From positions 2,910 to 66,909 of IMG/VR virus record IMGVR_UViG_3300031371_000002: a stretch of DNA of 64,000 nucleotides; one strand, given 5' to 3'. Positions 1 to 10,566 of the stretch are shown one piece after another. This stretch comes from a virus. The position numbers and the translations under genes are program-made. The first letter of the stretch is position 1. Each line of letters starts with the position of its first letter. The notes below the pieces were generated by a model that was given only the letters and a program-made list of their open reading frames with translations, was not told the origin of the DNA and did not search any database.

Positions 1-197
1 CGTAGAAAAAACCCTACAATTAAGCTCGTCAAAGTGCTCTAAATACCCACTTTTTCAAAGGCACTTTCTGGAAAGATTTCGTTGAAATTTATTTGAAGCT
101 ATCACTGACTTCATTAAGGAAAAAGAAGAATTTAGGGGGGTAAAAACTTTACACATATAAGGGGAATCTTAATACCGATAAAAAGAGAAGGGAATAT

Positions 198-1586
198 ATG
201 CTAGATAATAACAACATAAATAGGGGAATATATAAAACTCTATTGAGATTAAATATTCATAACAATGTTAATGACTTATATGCTACATGTGTAGTTGTAA
301 ATACATTGTTAAATATGAAAGAACTGAGACTATGTAGAACTAAAAAGAAAGAGCTTTTAGGAAATATTACTTTCAATACTGGAGAGTATGGTTTATTCAG
401 AACAGTATTAATTCAACAAGATGATTTTGATAAGATGTTGGAGTTATGTAATTCAATTATAATTAATCCAATATATCTTCCAAGTTTAATGAATGCAATG
501 ATCCACGATAAAGAAACATTACATATCTCTAGGAAGCAGAAAGAAATAAAATTGATCAGGCTCAATGGTGAAGTATATGAAACAATTAAAGATTGTATAA
601 AGGAAACAGGAATGACAGATTATCAAATTAGGAAGAAGGCTGTAAAAGAGGTTATTGTTGGATTGATGTATAAGAATTCATATAAGCAGACTTTCCTAAG
701 CGGAAAAATTCCAGCAGCATGTGATTATAGAGATGACATTATTAAGAAGTTCTATGAAGATAATCTTGAAAACATTGATATCTGGTTGAAGATGTATGAG
801 ATGGATTCTTTTGGAAATATGCTTGTATACCAACATGGTATCGGAGCAAAAGATAAACAGATCACCTACAGCATGGCTGATTCTGGAAGACTCTTTATAA
901 AAGACAGCCCAAGTTTACAAGGAATGAAAAGCATCTTTAGAGAACTCTTTTTCCATGAATATTATGAGATTGATATTGACACATGTGCTCCGACTGTTCT
1001 TCTTCAAATGTCTGATGGTAAATATCCTACTATTGAAGATTATATCAAAAATAAGAATAAATACAGAGGAAGACTGATTGAACATTGTCTAACAAAAGCA
1101 CAGGCTAAGGAATTGCTAACATCATTATTCTTTGGTGCAAAACCACTTCAATATGGAAGTTCATTTAGGAAAGACAATCCAGAGATTGATGTTGATGATA
1201 TTGCAAGTGATGATCTTATCTTCAACTTGATGAATGAGACATTGGAACTTTTTAAAGAGCTTGGAGATAAATTCAAGAAAGAAGCTGTCAGAGATAAGAA
1301 GAGATGGAAGATTAGAAATAAAGCAGGATATTTAAAATCATTTGACAGATGGAATAAATCACAAGTTATTGCTCATATGTATCAAGGGGTTGAAAGACTT
1401 ATGTTAGATGTCATGAAAGATAGCAGTCAATCAGTTCTTCTCCTACATGATGCAGTTGTTTCTAAAAATTTACCAGACTTAGAAGATATTGTAAGGAAGA
1501 TTAAAGGAAAAACAGGATATGATGTTACTCTAAGCTGGAAAAAATACGATAAAGAAAACTTTTATAAGGAGTTGAAAGATGAATAG
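198..1586 (+). CDS. Family-A-polymerase-like palm protein (TV-Pol-like; possible primase/polymerase)
   Basis: Ordered PolA/T7-RNAP-like motifs: SGRLF..SLQ, motif A EIDIDTCAP, motif B AKELLTSLFFG, YQGVER, motif C LLHDAV; no exonuclease domain evident. Confidence 0.55.
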   Translation: MLDNNNINRGIYKTLLRLNIHNNVNDLYATCVVVNTLLNMKELRLCRTKKKELLGNITFNTGEYGLFRTVLIQQDDFDKMLELCNSIIINPIYLPSLMNAMIHDKETLHISRKQKEIKLIRLNGEVYETIKDCIKETGMTDYQIRKKAVKEVIVGLMYKNSYKQTFLSGKIPAACDYRDDIIKKFYEDNLENIDIWLKMYEMDSFGNMLVYQHGIGAKDKQITYSMADSGRLFIKDSPSLQGMKSIFRELFFHEYYEIDIDTCAPTVLLQMSDGKYPTIEDYIKNKNKYRGRLIEHCLTKAQAKELLTSLFFGAKPLQYGSSFRKDNPEIDVDDIASDDLIFNLMNETLELFKELGDKFKKEAVRDKKRWKIRNKAGYLKSFDRWNKSQVIAHMYQGVERLMLDVMKDSSQSVLLLHDAVVSKNLPDLEDIVRKIKGKTGYDVTLSWKKYDKENFYKELKDE

Positions 1587-1911
1587 TGAAATAACTTGCA
1601 GAGGTTCAATGAGACTAGGAACTGGTTGTGGAAAATGTAAAAAGTGTAAGTCAGAGCTTGCAACTATGGAAAATGCTTTACCGGAACAAGACCAACCACA
1701 AACACGAATATTCTCAACAAAGAAAGAGCTTGCAGAGGCTTTGATGCGCGGGGAGAAGTGGGAAGCTCCCGGATATAGTGGGCATTGTTTATTTGAAGAA
1801 GATTATGCTTTTCAATTTATTTATCCAGATGGAAAATCAACTACACTTGATTATGTATTTGAAAATGATGATTTATTTGATGGAAAAACACTATGGACAA
1901 AAGTAAAATGA
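1579..1911 (+). CDS. Hypothetical protein with N-terminal Cys cluster
   Basis: Overlaps the upstream stop; C-x8-CGKCKKC. Confidence 0.6.
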   Translation: MNSEITCRGSMRLGTGCGKCKKCKSELATMENALPEQDQPQTRIFSTKKELAEALMRGEKWEAPGYSGHCLFEEDYAFQFIYPDGKSTTLDYVFENDDLFDGKTLWTKVK

Positions 1912-2125
1912 AATCAAACATCAAAATAAAAACAACTCCTAAAGAGAAAGAAAAGATAGTAGATATTATTTTAAAAAATGGTTGGGATGATCTGACCTTA
2001 ACTGATGAGTATTATCTCTTTCTTTGGGGCAGTAAGGTTTTGACAGGAGTTCATTGTGAAGATAAGTTTGATAGCATAAAAGAATGTGAAGAAATCTCTT
2101 TTGAAGAGTTTTTAAAGGAATTGAA

Positions 2126-2503
2126 GTGAAAAAGATGAAAGCTATTGTAGATATAAAAACTATAGAGGTGGATAGAGAATACTTTTATAAGGAGACATTC
2201 AACGGAGCTTTTCCAATGAGAGTATCTATTGATAAGCATCCACATGAAACATATGAAGTAACTAGAGAGATAATTGAAGGTAAAAGGTATATACTCCCAA
2301 CTGGATACGAAGTGACTATTGGTGTAAGTGACGATGTTTTTAGATCATTGGAGATTCCTCTTGAGGCATTAAAATCTGATAGAGATATGTTGGAAGATTT
2401 CAGTAAGTCAAATTCGAGGCTGAGAAATGAGCTTAGTAGTTATAAAAATATGAAGTTTATGGACAGGTTGAAATTCTTGTTTACTGGAAAGTTTACGAAA
2501 TAA
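2126..2503 (+). CDS. Hypothetical phage protein
   Basis: ORF in a tightly packed + strand operon. Confidence 0.6.
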   Translation: MKKMKAIVDIKTIEVDREYFYKETFNGAFPMRVSIDKHPHETYEVTREIIEGKRYILPTGYEVTIGVSDDVFRSLEIPLEALKSDRDMLEDFSKSNSRLRNELSSYKNMKFMDRLKFLFTGKFTK

Positions 2504-2504
2504 A

Positions 2505-2595
2505 CATTTCTGAGCACTTTTATATGCCAGTAGTATGTTGGTATTCCCTAATAGGAGATCGTTGAAATAAAGTGCCCTCAGAGGCTTTTAAATGC
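2505..2595 (+). repeat. Dispersed ~90 bp element, copy A
   Basis: GGTATT at 2540, AGATCGTTG at 2556, upstream T-tract. Confidence 0.8.
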
Positions 2596-3083
2596 TATAT
2601 ATGAAATTGAAAAGGAAAAATATGTTTGATTGGATTAAGAAAATTGTTGATTGGTTTATAAGTGAACCAAATCTTAGGGCTGAGACTCCTAAGGTAGTAG
2701 TTGAAGAAGTTGTAAAGGAAAAGACAAAAGAAGAAATACTAATTGAAAATATTATTCAGAAGTATGATCAATGTAGAAACACTACTCTTTTGAAAAAGGT
2801 ATTTAAGATTAGAGGACATGGGAACTATTACTATATCTATAGAGGTTCCTATGTCTGCCTTAGTGAAAGTCTAATCTGTAGTAAGATACGTAGTAGTTAT
2901 GCTCTAAAAAAAGACTACGAATATGCAGAAACTTTCTACCAATATCTCTGTAAAGCAGTTGATAAGATCAATGCTCATGTTGAAAAGAAAGAGCTTAGAA
3001 GAAAAACAAAAGAAATGGAATGCATGCAAAAGTTCATTGGGGAAGCCTCTCTATACGATAATCCTCAAGCACTTCATATGTAA
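2592..3083 (+). CDS. Hypothetical protein (true start probably at MFDWIKK)
   Basis: AAGGA RBS precedes the internal ATG. Confidence 0.6.
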   Translation: MLYMKLKRKNMFDWIKKIVDWFISEPNLRAETPKVVVEEVVKEKTKEEILIENIIQKYDQCRNTTLLKKVFKIRGHGNYYYIYRGSYVCLSESLICSKIRSSYALKKDYEYAETFYQYLCKAVDKINAHVEKKELRRKTKEMECMQKFIGEASLYDNPQALHM

Positions 3084-3092
3084 AGGAATGGA

Positions 3093-3719
3093 ATGAAACT
3101 AGTATGCATATCGGACACTCATCAAAGGGAGCAATTTAATAATATTGATGTTCCAGATGGAGATGTTCTGATTCACTGTGGAGATTTCCATGGAAGTGGA
3201 GATTGGAGTATTAACCTTTATTATTTTATTGAATGGGTTAAAGAACTCCCCCATAAACATAAGATTTTAGTTCCGGGAAATCATGATTGGATATTTGAAA
3301 AAGAATATGATAGAGCAATGAAGATTGTTGACGGTTCTATGGAAGTGTTGCTTGATAGTGGAATAGAGATTGATGGAGTAAAGTTCTACGGAACACCTTC
3401 TCAGCCAATATTTTTCAATTGGGCTTTTAATCATTCTTCTATGAAACGTAAGCAACATTATGATATGATTCCACAAGATACGGATGTATTGATCACCCAT
3501 ACGCCGCTATATGGTTATTGTGATGAGGTTGATAGAGGACATGTTGGCTGTGAGTTGTTATTGAATAGGGTATTGCAAGTTTCTCCCAAGCTTCATATTT
3601 TTGGACATATTCACGAAGGATATGGAATTATGGAAAATGAAAATACTAAATTCATTAATTGTTCTATTTGTGACGGAGGATACAGTCCTTCAAATAAACC
3701 TATTGTATTGGAGTTGTAA
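3093..3719 (+). CDS. Calcineurin-like metallophosphoesterase
   Basis: Motifs ISDTH, HCGD, PGNHD, THTP, FGHIH. Confidence 0.92.
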   Translation: MKLVCISDTHQREQFNNIDVPDGDVLIHCGDFHGSGDWSINLYYFIEWVKELPHKHKILVPGNHDWIFEKEYDRAMKIVDGSMEVLLDSGIEIDGVKFYGTPSQPIFFNWAFNHSSMKRKQHYDMIPQDTDVLITHTPLYGYCDEVDRGHVGCELLLNRVLQVSPKLHIFGHIHEGYGIMENENTKFINCSICDGGYSPSNKPIVLEL

Positions 3720-4506
3720 AATGATCACATCAATAAGAGATACGAAAGAGTTCAGGAATATCGCAAAATTACATGCAAGTTTAGATAGGGTTTATGAAGA
3801 AGGTAAGTTAGTATGTTATAGTACAATAGACTCATTCAACTATGATGAGGAAACTGTTATCTTGAATGTGCATCCTTATAATGATAAATATGTGCTTGGA
3901 ATTGACCAGCTTCTACAATCTATTCAATCAGCAGGAATGCTTAAAGATTATTCCATTGATAGGACAACACATATCAGTAGAAATAATATTGAAAGATTAT
4001 TTTATAGAACAACAATTGCAGAGGAGATTTAAAAATGGAAAAACTGACAGAAGAGTTTATCGTAAAATGGTTGGACGATAATAAAGAAGTTTTAACAAGA
4101 CTACATGTTTCCGATGAGAAAAATAGATTGATGACTTTTGTAAAAGAGAATCATCCACATTGCACTTCATGTAAACATTATGATAACTGTCTCACTTTGA
4201 AGATATGCCATAATTATAATAAACTGACATATTGTTCAGCACATGAGGAGATTTAAATGACAGGTATTTTTGTAGCAATAATTATTTTCGTAATTTTTCT
4301 AAGCTTAGGATACTTTTGGTATGAATTTTATTCAACAAAAACAATCAATGAAGAAGATGAACATATTGAATATAACAATAGTGAGTTCAATCCAGAAATC
4401 TTTAAGGATATTAAACTATGACTAAGCTTATTATTTTAGGAGGCATATGTCTAATTTTGATGTTTGGAATATATGTAATAGCAGATTCTATTGATGAGCA
4501 CAGTTA

Positions 4507-4596
4507 AAAAATAAGAGCTTTTAACTCTCAGGAAGGGTAAGGTATTGGTTAAGGTGAGATCGTGGCGAGAAATCAATGCTAGAGGTCTTAAATGAG
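4507..4596 (+). repeat. Dispersed element, copy B
   Basis: GGTATT at 4541, AGATCGTGG at 4557. Confidence 0.75.
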
Positions 4597-4977
4597 AGGT
4601 TTTGAAAGGAAAGTAGATTAAATGATAACAGAAGAATTAGAAAAATACTTTAAAATGGTAGAGTTTATTATATTACAAGAAATGGAGCTATTTGGGTATT
4701 CCTCTTTTGAAGGAGCTGATAAGGAAATTACAAAAGAGCTTATAGCACGAAGATTTAAGGATTATGTAGAAGAATTAAACCAAAAATAAGGAGGTCTATA
4801 TGGTAGCATTTTAAAAATAACTGAGAAAATAAACAACAAAGGTAAAAATATGTATCTAGTCTGGCAAGATCAAGATTGGTCTGAAAAGTTATCGAAGGAT
4901 TTAATGTGAGAGTACCCGTAATTGGAAGTTGATGAAGGAGGTGACATTTGAAAGGATGGCCTGATCTATAAATAAAA

Positions 4978-5004
4978 GAGGAGATTAAGTTCTCCTCACT
5001 TTTT
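4978..5004. terminator. Likely bidirectional intrinsic terminator between convergent operons
   Basis: GAGGAGA-6-TCTCCTC hairpin with an A-tract on the left and a T-tract on the right. Confidence 0.7.
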
Positions 5005-5036
5005 CTTTGGGGGTTTCTTCTTAGGTTTGCAAGCCA

Positions 5037-5354
5037 TTAACTATCCTCTCTATTCTCTAACCAAATATAAAAATCATGCTCATTAAAATTATCATAGCTG
5101 TAGATATGATGAAACTTCTTATGGCATTCCTTACAAAGGGTTGCACCTTTAGCATCCATGCTTTTAGCAGTTTCATCTTTTGTGTAGCTATTTAGATGAT
5201 GAGCAACAAGACCTTTTCCACTTGGAGAAAACTTATCACAATAAGCACATGTATATGCATCTTGCATTAAGACTCGTTTTCTCCAAAATAGATATTCTTT
5301 GCTACGTCTTCCGTCCATAACCTCTTCATAAGTTCTTCTTTGCCGTATCTTCAT
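5037..5354 (-). CDS. Small HNH endonuclease
   Basis: CAYC ... AHH ... LCKECH Zn-HNH pattern. Confidence 0.85.
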   Translation of the reverse strand: MKIRQRRTYEEVMDGRRSKEYLFWRKRVLMQDAYTCAYCDKFSPSGKGLVAHHLNSYTKDETAKSMDAKGATLCKECHKKFHHIYSYDNFNEHDFYIWLENREDS

Positions 5355-5358
5355 TTTA

Positions 5359-6957
5359 TTATGGACCTGTTATTTCAAATTGTGACACCCAAGAACCTGA
5401 AACTCTTTTTTGTATTGTGAATGCCCCGGACAAAAGCAATATCCTCCAAGAACCGTCAACAGAAGAATTTCCTAAGCTCAGAGTTCCATCAGCTTGTATT
5501 GATAATGTTTCTGTTCCAGCATTATTGCTTATCACAAAGTTTTTATCTGTATTTGTCCCTGTACCACCTTGGATAGAGACGGCCTGACGGGTTGAATCTG
5601 TCACGATCTCAGGCTCAGAACTGTTTTGATATGCTTGTTGTAAACTTACCGTAGTAAGACCTACTCCCCCACTAGCAGATGATGTATCTCCAAACTTATT
5701 AGCTTTTATAAATCTAGCATCACTAGTATCCGACAAGTCGGTACAACTTCCTTTAACAACTATCCACCCTCTAAAGATAAGATTTTCTAGTACAGGATTT
5801 ATTTCAACTGGATCTACATCAAGACCATCTAAAGCCAGTGACTCATTATTATACTCGTATTGCCCTTCTTGGATATAAACTGTATTACTCCCTGAAGCAT
5901 AGTATATTCTCTTAATAGACCAATTTGACCCATTTACAGTATCAAGTGTGCCAGTACCATTATCCCATGTAGTAGGATCAATATCTGTTTGACCTCCTAC
6001 TGTAGTCCATCCTCCAGAGCCATTTCTATAGGTATAGATAAATGTCACAGGATCAATTTCAGGAGTATCTAAGTAGTTAGGATTCTTTGGGTCTGCTTTC
6101 AAATTAGAGGCAATACCAAACACCTGACCTGCACTCTTTTTAATAGTTAGGTCTGTGCCAGCAGGACTGAATATATTACCATAAGCTATCCTACCCACGG
6201 CTTGTCCAAATTCAGAAAGGGTAAACCCAATCCCTGAAAAGGTACTATTTGTGGAATTTGATACACTTATAATGGTTGTACCGCTTGGATGGACTAAGGC
6301 ACCTAATGCTAGGTAATCTCTTATGTCTTCCTGATCTACTGGAAAATAGCCTAATTGGACAATATCACCGTTTACATCAAAAGCGATATATGAAGATGGT
6401 TGGCTTCCGGCATATGTTGGAGTTAATCCAGTAGCCCCAGCAAATTCGTATTTTACATATACAGGATTCAAAGGGTCTGTATAGTTGTCCACCATGTAAA
6501 ATACACCGGAGCTGATATCAAACTTAGTTGTATCTGTATTTATACTTAATTGGCAACCAGTGACTATGATGTTATTGCCAATCAGTTTGACCCCTAGAGC
6601 TATCTGTCCGCTATCTGTCAGCAGAGTTCCATCTTCAGGAGGGACTTTTACAGCTCTTACCGTTGCTGTTGGGACTTCAGAAACATCTATCTGGAATTGT
6701 TTAGAATTGTCATCCACATTCTTGATTGCAAACTTATCGTCATAGAAGAAGTTTTGAGCATTTCCTAAGCGACTCCAAGTTGAACCATTGCTGTAATAAA
6801 GACCTGCTCTTTTTAAAGTTCCTAAAATCCATGTTCCAGTTTCTTGCAAAACCAACATAGTAATCCCGGCAGTTAAGGAGGCAGCCGGAAGATCAGCATA
6901 AGTATTAACTTCTGAATATAGGGAGGTTCCTGCTACCTTCATAAAAGAAATAGGCAT
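5359..6957 (-). CDS. Putative virion structural/fibre protein
   Basis: G/S/T-rich beta-type sequence in the late operon. Confidence 0.55.
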   Translation of the reverse strand: MPISFMKVAGTSLYSEVNTYADLPAASLTAGITMLVLQETGTWILGTLKRAGLYYSNGSTWSRLGNAQNFFYDDKFAIKNVDDNSKQFQIDVSEVPTATVRAVKVPPEDGTLLTDSGQIALGVKLIGNNIIVTGCQLSINTDTTKFDISSGVFYMVDNYTDPLNPVYVKYEFAGATGLTPTYAGSQPSSYIAFDVNGDIVQLGYFPVDQEDIRDYLALGALVHPSGTTIISVSNSTNSTFSGIGFTLSEFGQAVGRIAYGNIFSPAGTDLTIKKSAGQVFGIASNLKADPKNPNYLDTPEIDPVTFIYTYRNGSGGWTTVGGQTDIDPTTWDNGTGTLDTVNGSNWSIKRIYYASGSNTVYIQEGQYEYNNESLALDGLDVDPVEINPVLENLIFRGWIVVKGSCTDLSDTSDARFIKANKFGDTSSASGGVGLTTVSLQQAYQNSSEPEIVTDSTRQAVSIQGGTGTNTDKNFVISNNAGTETLSIQADGTLSLGNSSVDGSWRILLLSGAFTIQKRVSGSWVSQFEITGP

Positions 6958-7371
6958 TTAATCCTCCTTTTTAACAGAATAAGTTAAAGTCGCTGTCCCA
7001 CTTACTGTTTTGATGATAATCTCATTTGCTGTATTATCAGTATTATTGATTAGAAATAGTCCTGCTGGTCTGTATTCGGGAACTGTGGTTGTTGAATTGT
7101 ACCAAATCTTAGTTGGGCCATTACAATCACATTCAATCCACTCAAATGTATTACAAGTCAATGTGATTCCTGTTGTTGAATCAATTGTCTCTCTTCCTGA
7201 GCTTCCAATAAATTCTTCATATGGAGTATGACTGTCTAAATTAAGATTAGGGAAATTATAATAAGCTCTTGTTGTCTTAGTCTCTCCCGGCTTAATTATT
7301 GTCTTATTTGCACCAGTCTCATTATTAAGCATATAGGTTGTATTTGTTGAATTATTTGTGTATGTAGGCAT
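6958..7371 (-). CDS. Putative structural protein
   Basis: T/N-rich; GGAGG RBS; abuts the next gene. Confidence 0.5.
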   Translation of the reverse strand: MPTYTNNSTNTTYMLNNETGANKTIIKPGETKTTRAYYNFPNLNLDSHTPYEEFIGSSGRETIDSTTGITLTCNTFEWIECDCNGPTKIWYNSTTTVPEYRPAGLFLINNTDNTANEIIIKTVSGTATLTYSVKKED

Positions 7372-7383
7372 ACCTCCTCCTTA

Positions 7384-8022
7384 TTAGATGCACACAGGCA
7401 TTCTATTTTTAAAGCTCTCCAGTATTCGTTTGTACTGTTTCATATTTCTACCAGACCACCCTAAAAAGAACTTTCTATTATCAGCATTCTGATATGTGAT
7501 ATATGTTAGATACTCCTGAACTTCCAATAGGAATTGAAAGCAGAATTGTTTATCAGGTGTATTATTGGTAGCAGCTATTGTCATGGGTCCAATGATCTTA
7601 TCTACTTTTGTATCTGCACAAATCTGTTGATACTTAGCAGAAGTATTCTTCCCGCTCATAACACCTGTTGTGAAGATCAATAGACATTTCTCATATGAAT
7701 TAATCTTATCAAGATGCATAGGCATCCAGAAGAAAGTATAATAGAAGTCTCTAAGAGCATGTTGCAATTCTAAATCACCATTAAGAACTTTATCTAGCTC
7801 TTCTACACTAGCAGGAGCTATCTCATATGGAAGCCTAAGCTCTTCAAAATTCTCAAGATGCTTATAGACGATATTCCAACCTTCCCACTTTGGGAAATAT
7901 CTTTCAGCAACTCCTGCATAAGTCATTCCTCCACGATCTGCTTTATAATTAGCAAATCCTGCTTCATCACTTAATAGAACCTCAATAGCCATACAATAGT
8001 TAATATCTTTTTCCCACATCAT
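7384..8022 (-). CDS. Endolysin, glycoside hydrolase family 108 with peptidoglycan-binding C-terminus
   Basis: EAGFAN..DRGGMTYAGVA; VDKIIGPMTI; KFFLGW..R. Confidence 0.85.
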   Translation of the reverse strand: MMWEKDINYCMAIEVLLSDEAGFANYKADRGGMTYAGVAERYFPKWEGWNIVYKHLENFEELRLPYEIAPASVEELDKVLNGDLELQHALRDFYYTFFWMPMHLDKINSYEKCLLIFTTGVMSGKNTSAKYQQICADTKVDKIIGPMTIAATNNTPDKQFCFQFLLEVQEYLTYITYQNADNRKFFLGWSGRNMKQYKRILESFKNRMPVCI

Positions 8023-8651
8023 TTAAACCTTTTAAAAACATATGTTCCAATGTCTTCTCTTCCAATTTCCTCTTCCATACGATTCATCTCAACAAGCTCA
8101 AACCCCTTATCATACATCCAATTGATAAAACCTTCTTCTGTAAAATACCAACGATGTTCTGATGTCTTGAAATGTTTTGATTTGAGAAGATGATAACAGT
8201 TATCAAAAATAGGAATTGATACAAAAACATAATCTGTGATCTTGCTTAGAATATCATCTGGGTTTGGAAGATGTTCTAAAGAATCCCAAAATGTTGCACC
8301 TTGAATATCACATCCATCCCATAAGCTATCTATATTTTTTAGCCATTTAATCCCTACTGAATTGACATCTGTTCCAATAGCATTTCCATGAGTCTCAATG
8401 AATGTTCCTGCACCAATTCCTACATCAAGAACTGTTCCATCAAAGTGCTTCTTTACAAGATCAACCCTTGCCTTATTTAATGCGATTCCTATAGGAGTCT
8501 CAGCAAGCCTTTGGTAATTAGCAAAATACTTTTCATCATAGGGTTCATCAATATCCTTTACCGGATAATATCCAATTCCTTTTTTCGGCATCCACACCAA
8601 CCCGTCTTCTAGCCATTTATTTATTGTAGAATCTTTCATTCCGTTATCCAT
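8019..8651 (-). CDS. Class I SAM-dependent methyltransferase
   Basis: VLDVGIGAG motif I; FWDSLEHL; EHRWYF. Confidence 0.85.
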   Translation of the reverse strand: MDNGMKDSTINKWLEDGLVWMPKKGIGYYPVKDIDEPYDEKYFANYQRLAETPIGIALNKARVDLVKKHFDGTVLDVGIGAGTFIETHGNAIGTDVNSVGIKWLKNIDSLWDGCDIQGATFWDSLEHLPNPDDILSKITDYVFVSIPIFDNCYHLLKSKHFKTSEHRWYFTEEGFINWMYDKGFELVEMNRMEEEIGREDIGTYVFKRFK

Positions 8652-9505
8652 TTTAATTCCTCTTCAAATATGTTGTCAAAATTAGAAATTGTCTTATTAC
8701 AGTCATGTCTCATATCTACGCATTTGCAAAAATTATCAGGTTCGATCCATGATACTTTATTGCTTGCAGGGAGAAGATCATGTGTTATTTTTTCAGGAGC
8801 ATTATGTCCACCTATTCCACCTAAAATGCATATGAAAGGAGTCCCTAATGCCATTGTCATTGGAACCATAAACCCGACGGATGCAACAACTAATGAGGCA
8901 TTTGCCACAAGAGCAATAATCTCTTTGGCATTAAGTTCTCCATGGTGAAACTTTACATCAGCATATGGGTCTACTCCAGCCAGCCATTCTTTTCCTTCTT
9001 CTAAGTCTGCTATAGATACAACTGTATATCCATGCTCTTTTAGCAAGTTGGATGCTCTAGCCATATATTCAGAATGACAATTTCTTGCAGAATTAAACCA
9101 TTCTGTTCTAACAGTAGGAGGTCTTATGACGGCATACTTTCCTTGTACGGGGGATTTTGTAACTACAGGTAAATCCCAGCTATCAGGCATCACCCTAAAG
9201 TGACTATACATTGCTTCTGGGATTGACATAGTTCTCATTTCTTTATGGCCATATCTTATCTGTATTGTAGGCATATGAGGAGGAGGTACAAACCATCTAC
9301 TTTCCCCATGCTTAGAGATATTCTTTGACTGAGTTCTTAATCGCGTGCCACTTTTCACAGGATATACATTATTCAAATCTTCAAAAAACTCAGGCCAAGA
9401 TGTTTCTAGATATACTTTATCATGTTTTTTTGCTAAAGCCTTTATGAAAGGTCTTTGATAGATAGTATCCCCTAAGCCTTGCATCCCCCTTACAAGTATT
9501 GCCAT
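8636..9505 (-). CDS. GT-B glycosyltransferase, GT9 (heptosyltransferase)-like
   Basis: GLGDTI..RP N-terminus; ANASLVVASVGFMVPMTMALGTPFICILGG. Confidence 0.75.
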   Translation of the reverse strand: MAILVRGMQGLGDTIYQRPFIKALAKKHDKVYLETSWPEFFEDLNNVYPVKSGTRLRTQSKNISKHGESRWFVPPPHMPTIQIRYGHKEMRTMSIPEAMYSHFRVMPDSWDLPVVTKSPVQGKYAVIRPPTVRTEWFNSARNCHSEYMARASNLLKEHGYTVVSIADLEEGKEWLAGVDPYADVKFHHGELNAKEIIALVANASLVVASVGFMVPMTMALGTPFICILGGIGGHNAPEKITHDLLPASNKVSWIEPDNFCKCVDMRHDCNKTISNFDNIFEEELKWITE

Positions 9506-9517
9506 TTTTAAAACCTT

Positions 9518-9916
9518 TTATTTTAATTCACAATGATGTGAGCCTTGTTTAATATAGTGTTCTATAGCAACAAGTTTCTCATAAAATTTATCTTTACATT
9601 GTTCATGATTCTTACGTTCATGTTCAACAGTATCTTTGATAAAGTCCATTGTATTTTCTTGAACATCTGCAAGTCTGGATAGAGTATCTTTAAGCTCTCT
9701 AAGAAGACCCTCATGCTCTTTTCCTTGCACTTCTCTTCGTCTATCGGCATCTTTACGAGCCTCTTCAGAAGAATGCAATTGTTTATTTGATATATAGATG
9801 TACCACCCTAACCCGACAAAGATAGCGAAAAATAAAAGAACTATAACCGCACCTAAATCACCAGAACTGCTTAACTGACTGATAGCAGGGGATACATCTG
9901 GAAGTTCAGCTTGCAT
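9518..9916 (-). CDS. Putative holin-like single-TM protein
   Basis: One N-terminal TM helix plus coiled coil; lies upstream of the endolysin. Confidence 0.5.
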   Translation of the reverse strand: MQAELPDVSPAISQLSSSGDLGAVIVLLFFAIFVGLGWYIYISNKQLHSSEEARKDADRRREVQGKEHEGLLRELKDTLSRLADVQENTMDFIKDTVEHERKNHEQCKDKFYEKLVAIEHYIKQGSHHCELK

Positions 9917-9924
9917 AATTCCTC

Positions 9925-10242
9925 CTATTTAGCATAGTCTAAATATTTAGACAATGTTTCCTGAAGTTCTTTTGCTTGCTCTGTTTGAAGTTTATTCTTT
10001 GTGTCTTTTGCCAGAACATCAATTGCTTTAAGAGCTGTCTTTTCAAGAAGCTCAATCTTATCATTCTTTTCAGCAGCCTCGAGAAGCATATCATCAATAG
10101 TATTCTCACTATTCTTAACCTGCTTCTCAATCTCTTTCTTGATGATTCCTTCTTTAACTTTTTGTGTCAGGAAAAAGGCAATGATCTCAACCACTGCCTG
10201 TCCTATAATTTGTAGAAATGCCATACTAAATCCTTTAGGCAA
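9925..10242 (-). CDS. Hypothetical membrane-anchored protein (possibly lysis)
   Basis: Hydrophobic N-terminus and helical tail. Confidence 0.4.
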   Translation of the reverse strand: MPKGFSMAFLQIIGQAVVEIIAFFLTQKVKEGIIKKEIEKQVKNSENTIDDMLLEAAEKNDKIELLEKTALKAIDVLAKDTKNKLQTEQAKELQETLSKYLDYAK

Positions 10243-10552
10243 TTGTATTCATTAGATCAATAAGGGCTTCTTTTGTCCCACCTACATATGAAGATTTCTT
10301 GATTGTGTATCCATATTCAAGCGTTACAGCATTTGTAGAATCTACAACCTTGATAATCTCGATATCCCAATAATCAGACGATGCTGTATTCTCACTGTAA
10401 AGCATAAAAGCAATATCAGTTGCATTTGTATTTGCTCTTACTAGGTATTTACTTACCATCCACGCTTGCATAGCTGTTTGTGTTCCAGCAGCATATGCTG
10501 AAATTCCATACTGAGTTAAAACGTCAGCAAAATTTGTTGTTGTTACTTGCAT
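10235..10552 (-). CDS. Hypothetical structural protein
   Basis: ORF with RBS in the late operon. Confidence 0.5.
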   Translation of the reverse strand: MQVTTTNFADVLTQYGISAYAAGTQTAMQAWMVSKYLVRANTNATDIAFMLYSENTASSDYWDIEIIKVVDSTNAVTLEYGYTIKKSSYVGGTKEALIDLMNTIA

Positions 10553-10566
10553 TTATTTTCCTTTAT

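Noticed and set aside
1-100. Possible tenth copy of the dispersed element (TTTCGTTGAAA)
   Set aside because: Lacks the GATCG core and the 16 bp-spaced hexamer
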